From the NCBI GenBank assembly GCA_041483195.1, contig JBGPFC010000007.1, positions 32,001 to 96,000 on the forward strand: DNA of 64,000 nucleotides. Direction: 5' to 3'. This DNA is from Candidatus Eiseniibacteriota bacterium (GTDB taxonomy: Bacteria > Eisenbacteria > RBG-16-71-46). The stretch's first letter is position 1, and every line of letters starts with the position of its first letter. The position numbers and the translations under genes are program-made. Positions 56,193-64,000 of the stretch are shown in pieces. The notes beneath the pieces were generated by a model. That model was given only the letters and a program-made list of their open reading frames with translations. It was not told where the DNA came from and did no database searches.

Positions 56193-56345
56193 GCACCCTC
56201 CGCACCCGTCCAGCACCTCGACCGTAAACGCGCCGCATGATAGCGGGCGCATTGGAGGCGCGCAAACCGCGGGAGCGTAGGCCGGATCGCGGCCGCCTCG
56301 GTCCCCGGGGGGCGCGCCGCGCGCCACCTCGCGCCGCGTGCCCGG

Positions 56346-56900
56346 CTATAGTCTCGGCAGCGTGATGCCCTGCTGAGCCTGGTACTTGCCGGCCTTGTCC
56401 CGGTACGACGTCTCGCACATCTCGTCGCTCTCGAAGAACAACACCTGCGCGATCCCCTCGTTGGAGTAGATCCGGGCGGGCAACGGCGTGGTGTTGCTGA
56501 TCTCGAGCGTCACGAACCCCTCCCACTCCGGCTCGAACGGGGTGACGTTCGTGATGATGCCGCAGCGCGCGTAGGTGCTCTTGCCCACGCAGATCGTGAG
56601 CACGTTGCGGGGGATGCGGAAGTACTCGACCGTTCGCCCGAGCGCGAACGAGTTGGGGGGAATCACGCACACCGGGCCCTTGAAATCCACCATCGAGCCC
56701 GGATCCATGTGCTTGGGATCCACGATCGTCGAGTTCACGTTCGTGAAGATCTTGAACTCGTCGGCGATGCGGATGTCGTAGCCGTACGAGGAGATCCCGT
56801 ACGAGATCACGCCGGCGCGCACCTGCTTTTCCTCGAACGGCTCGATCATGCGGTGCTCCCTGCACATCTTTCGGATCCAGCGGTCGGGCTTGATCGACAT
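56346..56900 (-). CDS. dcd: dCTP deaminase
   Basis: [37 protein letters not shown]. Confidence 0.97.
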   Translation of the reverse strand: MSIKPDRWIRKMCREHRMIEPFEEKQVRAGVISYGISSYGYDIRIADEFKIFTNVNSTIVDPKHMDPGSMVDFKGPVCVIPPNSFALGRTVEYFRIPRNVLTICVGKSTYARCGIITNVTPFEPEWEGFVTLEISNTTPLPARIYSNEGIAQVLFFESDEMCETSYRDKAGKYQAQQGITLPRL

Positions 56901-56902
56901 GC

Positions 56903-57439
56903 TCACTCCCCGGGTGGAATTCGGCCGAGCATGCGCAGCGTGTGCGCCAGCTCGGGCAGCAGGAGTCGCGTGAGCGCGAGCTCCACGGCGGCGGTGGACC
57001 CCGGCAACATGATCAGCAGCCGGCCGCGCGCGACGCCCGCCGCCGCCCGCGACAGCCACGCCGCCGCGCCGATCGAGTCCACCGAGAGCGCGCGGAACAG
57101 CTCGCCGAAGCCGGGCAGCCACTGCCCGACGAGCGGCGCGAGCGCCTCGGGCGTGCGATCTCGGGGGCTCACCCCGGTGCCGCCCGTGAAGATCACGCAA
57201 TCGATGTCGCTCCGCTCCAGCGCGGCGCGCGCCGCGCGCCGGATCGCCGGCACGTCGTCGCGCACCCAGCCGCGCGTGGCCACCGCGTGACCCGCGCGTT
57301 CGATCAGTCGCTGGATCGCGGCCCCGCCGCGATCGTCCGCCCCGCGGCGCGTATCGCTCACGGTGATCACCGCGCACCGCGCGGGACGGGGCGAGCGCTC
57401 GTCCGCGCGGTGTCCGGCGGCGCGCCGCGCGCGGGTCAA
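56903..57439 (-). CDS. moaB: Molybdopterin adenylyltransferase MoaB/MogA family
   Basis: ITVSD, TGGTG...[23 protein letters not shown]; start approximate. Confidence 0.9.
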   Translation of the reverse strand: MTRARRAAGHRADERSPRPARCAVITVSDTRRGADDRGGAAIQRLIERAGHAVATRGWVRDDVPAIRRAARAALERSDIDCVIFTGGTGVSPRDRTPEALAPLVGQWLPGFGELFRALSVDSIGAAAWLSRAAAGVARGRLLIMLPGSTAAVELALTRLLLPELAHTLRMLGRIPPGE

Positions 57440-58128
57440 GCGGTCCACTCGCGCACGCGCTCGGCGAGCGGGCGCGGCTCGAGTCCGAAGTGCGAAAGCC
57501 AGGGCCCCGCCTCGGCGAGACGCTGTTCCTGAAGCTCGGAGAGCGCCGGCTCCCATGCCACGCCGCCGGGCGCGGCCGGCGGGCCCGCCGCGCGCGCGAG
57601 CGCCGCGAGATCCGCGAGGCTCATGACCTCGGGCCCGGCCACCTCGAACCAGCCCTCCCACCCGGCGCGGCCGTCGAGCGCGCGCTCGATGGTCTCGATC
57701 GCGTCGCTCTCCGCGACCGGGTTCAGCAGCATGCGTCCCTCCTTCGGCAGCTTGGGACCCGTGCGGAGCTTGAGCCAGAGCGGGCTCAGGGGTCCGAGCA
57801 GCGGCCCGAGCCTGAGCGTCAACACCGGCAAACCCGACGCCCGCGCGTGCTCCTCCAGCCGCCACAATCCCTTGAGCGTTTCGGAACGGGCATCGGGGTG
57901 CGCGCCGAGGCGGCTGATCACGAGGACGCGCGCCCCGGGCGCGGCGCGCCACGCGCCGAGCAGCACCCCGAGCGCCATCGGGTCCAGATCGCTTCCGGAC
58001 CCCAGCACCAGCGTGGACCACCGCCGTCCGGCCGGCGCCCCGGCGGGGGCCACTTCGTGGCCGTGGGCGGCGAGGGTCTCGAGCAGGCGGGGCGCCGGAG
58101 GATCCGGACGGCCGAAAGCGTGGATCAC
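57436..58128 (-). CDS. Atypical SDR / NDUFA9-like protein (degenerate)
   Basis: ISRLGA, E...RASGLP...[13 protein letters not shown]; lacks a clear GxxGxxG. Confidence 0.65.
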   Translation of the reverse strand: MIHAFGRPDPPAPRLLETLAAHGHEVAPAGAPAGRRWSTLVLGSGSDLDPMALGVLLGAWRAAPGARVLVISRLGAHPDARSETLKGLWRLEEHARASGLPVLTLRLGPLLGPLSPLWLKLRTGPKLPKEGRMLLNPVAESDAIETIERALDGRAGWEGWFEVAGPEVMSLADLAALARAAGPPAAPGGVAWEPALSELQEQRLAEAGPWLSHFGLEPRPLAERVREWTA

Positions 58129-59177
58129 GCGAGCTCCCCGAGCGTCTTCGCGATCTGCCTTCGATGCGAAAGGTCATGGTCCACCCAATGCCGCACCATG
58201 TCGCCGAGCGGGAACGGGCCGCGCACCGAGTGAATCGCGGCCCGTGCCCAGTCCTCACGCCGGAGCGGAGCGAGTCGCGACAGCAGGCTCCCGCGTGCCA
58301 CGCGCCACGAGTCGAGCGCCTCCGCGGCCATCGCCCCGCGATAGCCACGGGTCTCCGCCCATCCGGTCATGTCCACGTCCGGCACCGCGGGCTGCGACTC
58401 GAGCAGCATGCGCTCGAGCCGCGGCAGGTAGACTTCGCGATCGGCGTCGCGCAGATGGCACGTCACCTCCACCGGGCTCCAGCCCGCGGCCGGAGGGCGC
58501 TCGCGAAATCGCTCATCGCCGTGGCGCGCGAGGCGCGCCGCCACCCAGTCCGGACTCTCGGCGAGCGCCGCGAGCAGCTGTCCCCATTCGAGAAACGTCA
58601 TCGGACCGCGATCGCGCGCGGTGATTCCGGTGTCGCTGCCCTGGAACGGGTGAGGGCGCGCGAACCCGCGGGCGATGTAGCTGCGCGAGAGCGCGACGTA
58701 GTGCAGCGTGCCGTCGCGAATCGATTCGCGGTGACGGTCCGTGACCGGGCCCACCACGCGCGCCGGCGAACCCACTGCGAGGCTGCGGGGCGGAATCACC
58801 TGGTTCTCGCGCACCAGCGACGCGGCTCCGATCAGCGAGCCGCCACCGATGCGCGCGCCCGAGAGCACGACGCTGCCCATCCCGATCAGGCAGTCGTCCT
58901 CGATGACGCAGCCGTGGATGACCGATCGATGGCCGACGGTCACGCGCGCGCCGAGGAGCGCGGGCTGGCCCTCATCGACGTGCACCGTCGAATTGTCCTG
59001 GACGTTGGACTCGTCCCCGATCTCGACCGCCGCGCTGTCGCCCCTCACCACGGTGTTGAACCAGACGCTGGCCCGCGCGCCGATCGTGACCTCGCCGACC
59101 ACCACCGCCCCTGGCGCGATCCAGGCGGTGGGATCGAGCCGGAGCCGGGCCGGCCAGTCGCGGGACCGGTCGCTCAC
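58125..59177 (-). CDS. Gamma-carbonic anhydrase-like protein fused to a DinB/YfiT domain
   Basis: Hexapeptide repeats with VRGD, NVQDNSTVH, VGHRSVIHGC; C-terminal WS..EV..HL.D and H..DHDLSH. Confidence 0.85.
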   Translation of the reverse strand: MSDRSRDWPARLRLDPTAWIAPGAVVVGEVTIGARASVWFNTVVRGDSAAVEIGDESNVQDNSTVHVDEGQPALLGARVTVGHRSVIHGCVIEDDCLIGMGSVVLSGARIGGGSLIGAASLVRENQVIPPRSLAVGSPARVVGPVTDRHRESIRDGTLHYVALSRSYIARGFARPHPFQGSDTGITARDRGPMTFLEWGQLLAALAESPDWVAARLARHGDERFRERPPAAGWSPVEVTCHLRDADREVYLPRLERMLLESQPAVPDVDMTGWAETRGYRGAMAAEALDSWRVARGSLLSRLAPLRREDWARAAIHSVRGPFPLGDMVRHWVDHDLSHRRQIAKTLGELA

Positions 59178-59827
59178 GCCCGGGCCGCGCGTTCGCCGAC
59201 GAACGGATTGTGTCGTCGTTCGTCGCCAATCGTGGTGTGCGGTCCGTGACCGGGGAGCACCCGCACGTCGTCGCCGAGCGGGAAGATCCGCTCGCGGATC
59301 GCGCGTTCGAGCGCCTCGAACGATCCCCCCGGAAGATCGGTGCGCCCCACCGATCCGGCGAACAGCGTGTCGCCGCTCCACAGCGTCTCTCCGTGGCGAA
59401 AACACACGCCGCCCGGCGAATGCCCTGGCGTGTGGATCACCTCGAGCGTCTCGGCGCCGAGCCGGAGCGTCTGGCCGTCGGCCAGGTCGTGCGGCTCGCA
59501 CGGCGCGGAGGCGGGCGGGAAGCCGAACGCCGCGCCCTGTTCGCTCAGCAGATCGAGCAGCGGCCGGTCCGCGGGATGCAGCCAGTATTCGCCTCCGCAT
59601 GCGGCCTGCACCACGCGCATCCCGGCGACGTGATCGTAGTGCGCGTGGGTGTTGAGCAGCAGGCGCACCCGAACCCCGAGGCCGCGCAGCGCTTCCACCA
59701 CGACGTCGGGCTCGAACCCCACGTCCATCACCGCCGCTTCGCGGGTCGCCTCGCACACCAGCAGGTAGGCGTTGTTGTCGAGCGGCCCGAGCTGAAACGT
59801 GCGCGTCGCGAGGGGCGTGGCGCTCAT
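59174..59827 (-). CDS. MBL-fold metallo-hydrolase (glyoxalase II/YcbL-like)
   Basis: THAHYDH, TPGHSPG, GDTLF..SVGRTD, PGHG. Confidence 0.93.
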   Translation of the reverse strand: MSATPLATRTFQLGPLDNNAYLLVCEATREAAVMDVGFEPDVVVEALRGLGVRVRLLLNTHAHYDHVAGMRVVQAACGGEYWLHPADRPLLDLLSEQGAAFGFPPASAPCEPHDLADGQTLRLGAETLEVIHTPGHSPGGVCFRHGETLWSGDTLFAGSVGRTDLPGGSFEALERAIRERIFPLGDDVRVLPGHGPHTTIGDERRHNPFVGERAARA

Positions 59828-60984
59828 ATGACGTTCGCCTCGGCCGCCGCGGCGCGCTCGGCGAAGCGCTCGAGCCGCAGCGCGCCGAGATCGATGCTGG
59901 GCGCCCCGTCCACGATCCACTCCGCGATCAACTGTCCCACCCCCGGCGAGTGCATCAGGCCGTGCCCGCTGAAGCCGTTCGCGAGCATCAGCCCCGCCAC
60001 CCCGGCGGGAGGACCCAGCACCGCGTTGTGATCGGGCGTCGTCTCGTAGAGGCCCGACCATCCGTTCGAGATCTCGGCCGCCTCCAGCGCGGGCAGCCGC
60101 CGGAACGCCGGCTCGGCGATGCGCTCCACGAAATTCCAGTCGACGCTCATGTTGAATCCCGGGGGCTCGTCGCGATTCGCGAGCCCCAGCAGCATGCCGC
60201 CGCTCTCGCGGTGCATGTAGACCCCCGACTGCATGTCCACGATCATCGGCAGGCGATCATGCACGAACGGCAGGGGCTCGGTCGTGAAGCAGTGCCGCCG
60301 GTACGGAAGGACCGGCAGGTCGACCCCGGCCCAGCGGGCGATCTCGGAGGCGTGCGGGCCGGCGGCGTTCACAACGACCGGCGTCGCGATCGTGCCGCGA
60401 TCGGTGACGACCCCCGCGACCCGGCCCTTCTCCATCACCAGTCCCCGCGCGGGCCGGCCGAACTCGAATCGCGCGCCGAGCCTGCGCGCCTGAGCGACGT
60501 AGGCCTGCGTGATCTCATGCGGATTCGCGAGCCCGTCCTTCGCGCAGAAGGTGGCGCCCAGCACGTCGCCGGTCGCGAGCTCCGGGACCAGCTCGCCTGC
60601 CTGCTCCCCGCTCAGCGTCTGGGTTGGCACCCCCATCGCGCGCTGCATCTCCGCCTGGCGCTGGAACGAATCCCAGCGCTCCGGGTCGCAGAGCAGGAAC
60701 AGATATCCGACCTGGAAGAAGACCGGATCGGTCTCCATCTCCTCCGCGAAGCGCTCGAGATGCGCGATGCTGAGCATCGAGATCCGGACGTTGACCGGCG
60801 TCGAGAACTGGGCGCGCACCCCGCCGGCGGCCTTCGAGGTCGAGCCCGCGCCGGCGAATTGCTCGCGCTCGAGCACCACGACGCCGCGCACCCCGCGGCG
60901 GCCGAGATGATACGCGATCGAAGCGCCGATGCAGCCCGCTCCGATCACCACCACCGGCGCGACGCCTTCCCCGGCCGCGCTCAT
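59824..60984 (-). CDS. FAD-dependent oxidoreductase (DAO / sarcosine oxidase beta-like)
   Basis: IGAGCIG, GSTSKAAGGVR, TPDHN, GFSGHG. Confidence 0.9.
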   Translation of the reverse strand: MSAAGEGVAPVVVIGAGCIGASIAYHLGRRGVRGVVVLEREQFAGAGSTSKAAGGVRAQFSTPVNVRISMLSIAHLERFAEEMETDPVFFQVGYLFLLCDPERWDSFQRQAEMQRAMGVPTQTLSGEQAGELVPELATGDVLGATFCAKDGLANPHEITQAYVAQARRLGARFEFGRPARGLVMEKGRVAGVVTDRGTIATPVVVNAAGPHASEIARWAGVDLPVLPYRRHCFTTEPLPFVHDRLPMIVDMQSGVYMHRESGGMLLGLANRDEPPGFNMSVDWNFVERIAEPAFRRLPALEAAEISNGWSGLYETTPDHNAVLGPPAGVAGLMLANGFSGHGLMHSPGVGQLIAEWIVDGAPSIDLGALRLERFAERAAAAEANVI

Positions 60985-61805
60985 CCGAGCCTCCGGAACG
61001 CGCGCTGGAGCTTCAGCGCGTCGTCCTCGAGCTCCGGACTCTCGCATGCGACCCAGCCCGAGACCCCGCGGTCGTGCAGCGCGCGCAGCAGATCCCGATA
61101 CCGAAACTTCGAATCGGCGAGCGGCAGGTGACGTCGCTCCCCCTTCGGCCCGAACAGGATGCCGGCGATGTGCACGTGGAGGCGGTCCAAGGCCCTGCGT
61201 CCGAGGCGTTGCGCGATGCGGTCGAGCATCGCGCCGAACTCGTCGAATGAGTTGAAAGCTCCCCCGTGGCGCGCGTACTGGTGCGAGAAGTCGATGCAGG
61301 GACGCACGCCCTCCACCGCTTCGCACCAGTCCAGGATCTCGTCCAGCGAACCCAGCTGGCTCGGCTTCCCGGTGAGCTCCGGGCGCACATCGACGGTGGC
61401 GTTCATGTCACGCAGACGTTGCGTGACGATCTCGAGGCCGGCTCGCACCCGCGCGCGCGCCTCGCGGGGATCCTGCCCCTGGAAGAAACCGGCGTGAAAG
61501 CAGAAGCTCTCGGCCCCGCAACGGCTCGCGATCCGCCCGGTCTCGACCAGCCGGCCGATGCTGCGCTCCACGATCTCGGGCGCCCCGCAGAGGTTGATGT
61601 AGTACGGCGCGTGCGCGGTCAGCGTGATCCGGTGCCGCCGCGCGGCGGCCGCGATCGCGTCGGCAGCCGCGTCCGACATGCGAACCCCGTTCACCCATGC
61701 CATCTCGAGCGAGTCGAGCCCCAGCGCCCGCGCCCGCGCGATCCCGTGCACCGTCCCGGGGCGCGGACTCGAGCGTGGAATGCCCGAGGTGCCGAAGCGC
61801 AGCAT
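60981..61805 (-). CDS. nfo: Endonuclease IV-like TIM barrel (archaeal-type Nfo)
   Basis: FGTSGIP, HAPYYINL, FHAG, PELTGK.SQLG, DFSH, HVH..GI, ESP.LE.DA. Confidence 0.8.
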   Translation of the reverse strand: MLRFGTSGIPRSSPRPGTVHGIARARALGLDSLEMAWVNGVRMSDAAADAIAAAARRHRITLTAHAPYYINLCGAPEIVERSIGRLVETGRIASRCGAESFCFHAGFFQGQDPREARARVRAGLEIVTQRLRDMNATVDVRPELTGKPSQLGSLDEILDWCEAVEGVRPCIDFSHQYARHGGAFNSFDEFGAMLDRIAQRLGRRALDRLHVHIAGILFGPKGERRHLPLADSKFRYRDLLRALHDRGVSGWVACESPELEDDALKLQRAFRRLG

Positions 61806-62287
61806 CAGCGCTTGTAGCCGATCGTTCGCAGGAATTCACGCCGCGCCGCCTTCGCCGTGTCGTCCTCGATCCCGCGCGGGGACAGTCCATCCACCACCCC
61901 CAGCATGCCTCGACCCTGATCGGTCTGGGCCACCAGCGCCTGCACCGGGTTCGAGGTCGCGCAGAAGACCCGGGCGACCTCGGGGCAGAGCTTGATCGCG
62001 TTCAGCACGTTGATGGGATACGCGCCGCGCAGCAGGAGGAAGAACGTGTGTCCCGCCGCGACCCGCTCCGCGTTCGAAACCGCCGCCGCGAGCAACTCGG
62101 GATCGTTGCCCTCGGTGCGGATCAGGCATGGCCCGGACGCCTCGCAGAACGCGAGACCGAAGCGCGCTCCCGGTACCGTCGTGACCACGATCTCGGCCAG
62201 ATCCTCGACCGTCTTGATGAAGTGCGCCTGGCCGGCGATCAGGTTGCTCTCGTCCGGAATGTCGAGCGCGACTGCGTTCAAGTTCAT
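61805..62287 (-). CDS. Adenosine-specific kinase family (DUF355)
   Basis: GQAHFIKTVED, FCEASG.CL, GH.F, CATSNP, GVVDG, IGYKR. Confidence 0.88.
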   Translation of the reverse strand: MNLNAVALDIPDESNLIAGQAHFIKTVEDLAEIVVTTVPGARFGLAFCEASGPCLIRTEGNDPELLAAAVSNAERVAAGHTFFLLLRGAYPINVLNAIKLCPEVARVFCATSNPVQALVAQTDQGRGMLGVVDGLSPRGIEDDTAKAARREFLRTIGYKR

Positions 62288-62363
62288 GCGCGAAGTTCTC
62301 CCGGCGCGCACGCTACGAGCGCGCGCCGGTGGGCGTCAAGTGGCCGGCGGCGAAGCCGAGCGG

Positions 62364-63998
62364 TCAGAATGCCTGGCTCGAACCGAATGAGAATACCGGA
62401 TCATGACGCCCATCGCGGGTGGGGCTCAGCGGCCAGGCGAGATCCACGCGGAGCGCGGGCCCGAGCGTCGAGCGAGTCGTCGCGAATCGCAGTCCGAATC
62501 CCGCGTCGTCGAACCACCCGGTGCCGACCGCGCCCGGCCCCCACGCGTGCGCCGCGTCGTAGAACACCGCGCCGCCGATCGACACCAGGTCCGCGAGGTT
62601 GCGATTCACCACCCAGCGTTGTTCGACGTTCGCTCGAACCAGCTGCCGCCCCGTCACCGCCTGCACCGGGTACGCGCGCAGGCCGTTGAGCCCGCCCACC
62701 ACCGCCTGGAAGTCGCGCCCGACGCGCGAGCCCGCGATCCCCTGCGCCGCCAGCACCAGCGTGTGGCCGGTTCGGGTCGGCCAGATCCAGCGCGCGTCGG
62801 CCTGCCGGATCACCTCGAGCGGAGTGCGGCGCATGCGGGCGCTCGCGCTCGCGTGCAGGAGCCCGAATCCGAACCGGGTCTCGGCCCCCGCTCCCACGCC
62901 GATCCGCACGTCGCCTTCGTCCGCCGTGCTCCCGAGCACGTGCGGGGAGAGCCCGATCCGGATCGCGAATGACGGGCCGAGGTCGTAGTCCTCGACCCGC
63001 CCGATGCGCTCGATGCCGGCGCGCGCGATGTAACGCGGGTGCCAGCGCATGCCCTCGAGCGCCACCCGGCGCTGCCGCAGATGCTCCTCGCCGCCCGCGA
63101 ATTCGGGGGGCGCGCCGGGTTCGAGCCGGCTCGGGCCGAAATCGCGGTCCCGCGACAGGTAGGAGGCGGTCAGCCTCCGCACGATGCCGTCGCGTTCCAC
63201 TCCTCGTCCCAGCGAGGCATCGATCTCGGAGATGCGCTGGTCCAGGCTCGCGATCTCGCCGGCGCTCTGGAACAGGAGCAGCTCGGAGCGCGTCCGCCAC
63301 CAGGAGACGCCGTACGACCACGGCGTGTCCGGCGCGTAGAATGGAAGCGCCATCGCCAGGATGTCGGTGGAGCCGGCGGTGCCGGTCGATGCTGTGTAGT
63401 GAAGGCGATGATGCGATCCCAGCACGGTCGGATCGGTGAACGAGATGCTGCGCGCGATCCCGGTGGGATCTTCGTGGTAGCCGATCGAGAACGACTTGCC
63501 GAAGCCGAGCAGGTTGCGCTCGGACAGCCCGAACGACCCGAACTGCTTGCCCCCGCCGCGTTCGAGATTGAACTCGGGGGAGGTGGTCCAGCCATCGCGA
63601 GTCTCCACTCGGACGTTGACGGAGTCGCCCTCGCACCGCGACTCCACGCGCTGCGGCTCGAGGTAGTCGAGCGAGCGCAGGACGCGCAGCGTCTGGGCCC
63701 GATGCTCCTCCTCGTATGGCTTCCCCGGCTCCATCAGCATCCGCTCGCGGATGGTGCTCGACCGCGTGCGGACATGGAGCCGGTTCGTCGCCCGGTACAG
63801 GGGCGCGAGCCGGCCCGGAGGAATCGGGTCGTAGATGTTGTGCGAGATGATGTCGATCCGCCCGACGCGAAGCCCCTCGCAGGCGCCCGTGGAATCGGCG
63901 ACGGGGGCCGCGACGCGTGCGCTCGCGGCGGGCTCCGCGGCGGGCGCCCATGCCGAGGCGAGACAGGCGACCGCGGCAACGACGCGGAGTCCGCTAGT
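62364..63998 (-). CDS. BamA/TamA-like outer membrane protein (POTRA plus beta barrel); 5' end beyond window
   Basis: Frame stays open upstream of the ORF-track start to the window edge (signal-like region, NRLHVRTR..TIR); ERNLLG.G, LRAYP, C-terminal F. Confidence 0.8.
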   Translation of the reverse strand, partial: TSGLRVVAAVACLASAWAPAAEPAASARVAAPVADSTGACEGLRVGRIDIISHNIYDPIPPGRLAPLYRATNRLHVRTRSSTIRERMLMEPGKPYEEEHRAQTLRVLRSLDYLEPQRVESRCEGDSVNVRVETRDGWTTSPEFNLERGGGKQFGSFGLSERNLLGFGKSFSIGYHEDPTGIARSISFTDPTVLGSHHRLHYTASTGTAGSTDILAMALPFYAPDTPWSYGVSWWRTRSELLLFQSAGEIASLDQRISEIDASLGRGVERDGIVRRLTASYLSRDRDFGPSRLEPGAPPEFAGGEEHLRQRRVALEGMRWHPRYIARAGIERIGRVEDYDLGPSFAIRIGLSPHVLGSTADEGDVRIGVGAGAETRFGFGLLHASASARMRRTPLEVIRQADARWIWPTRTGHTLVLAAQGIAGSRVGRDFQAVVGGLNGLRAYPVQAVTGRQLVRANVEQRWVVNRNLADLVSIGGAVFYDAAHAWGPGAVGTGWFDDAGFGLRFATTRSTLGPALRVDLAWPLSPTRDGRHDPVFSFGSSQAF

Positions 63999-64000
63999 TG

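Noticed and set aside
6465..63951. Numerous long Arg/Ala/Pro-rich alternative-frame ORFs (e.g. 48787-51786, 24005-25318, 40330-42672, 51751-53895)
   Set aside because: Expected shadows in very high-GC DNA; each overlaps a well-supported gene and has no family motifs.

Overview
High-GC chromosomal window from a probably diderm bacterium (it has a BamA/TamA-like gene; taxonomy cannot be fixed from sequence alone). It is mostly housekeeping and envelope genes: ABC-F, citrate synthase, thrC, rsgA, bshC-bshB1-bshA, tldD/pmbA, murJ, uppP, hsp20-dnaK, dcd, moaB, an orphan nuoI and several GT-C/GT2/GT4 glycosyltransferases. The standout is a complete 2,871-bp IS1-family 'cargo' transposon (2887-5757) with 16-bp perfect terminal inverted repeats and an 8-bp target duplication. 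Besides its DDE transposase it carries three tiny genes, a small membrane protein and a proteasome-beta-like Ntn hydrolase. It also contains three copies of an 18-bp palindromic operator-like motif and a decayed internal end, which together suggest a self-regulated, gene-accreting element. Other notable items are a candidate ~128-nt rod-shaped ncRNA with its own promoter (48653-48780), an orphan BMC-T shell gene, a gamma-carbonic-anhydrase/DinB fusion, a sigma-54 site upstream of hsp20-dnaK and many apparently leaderless genes. Product calls come from motif recognition by eye, not database searches. No tRNA, rRNA or CRISPR array was recognised.
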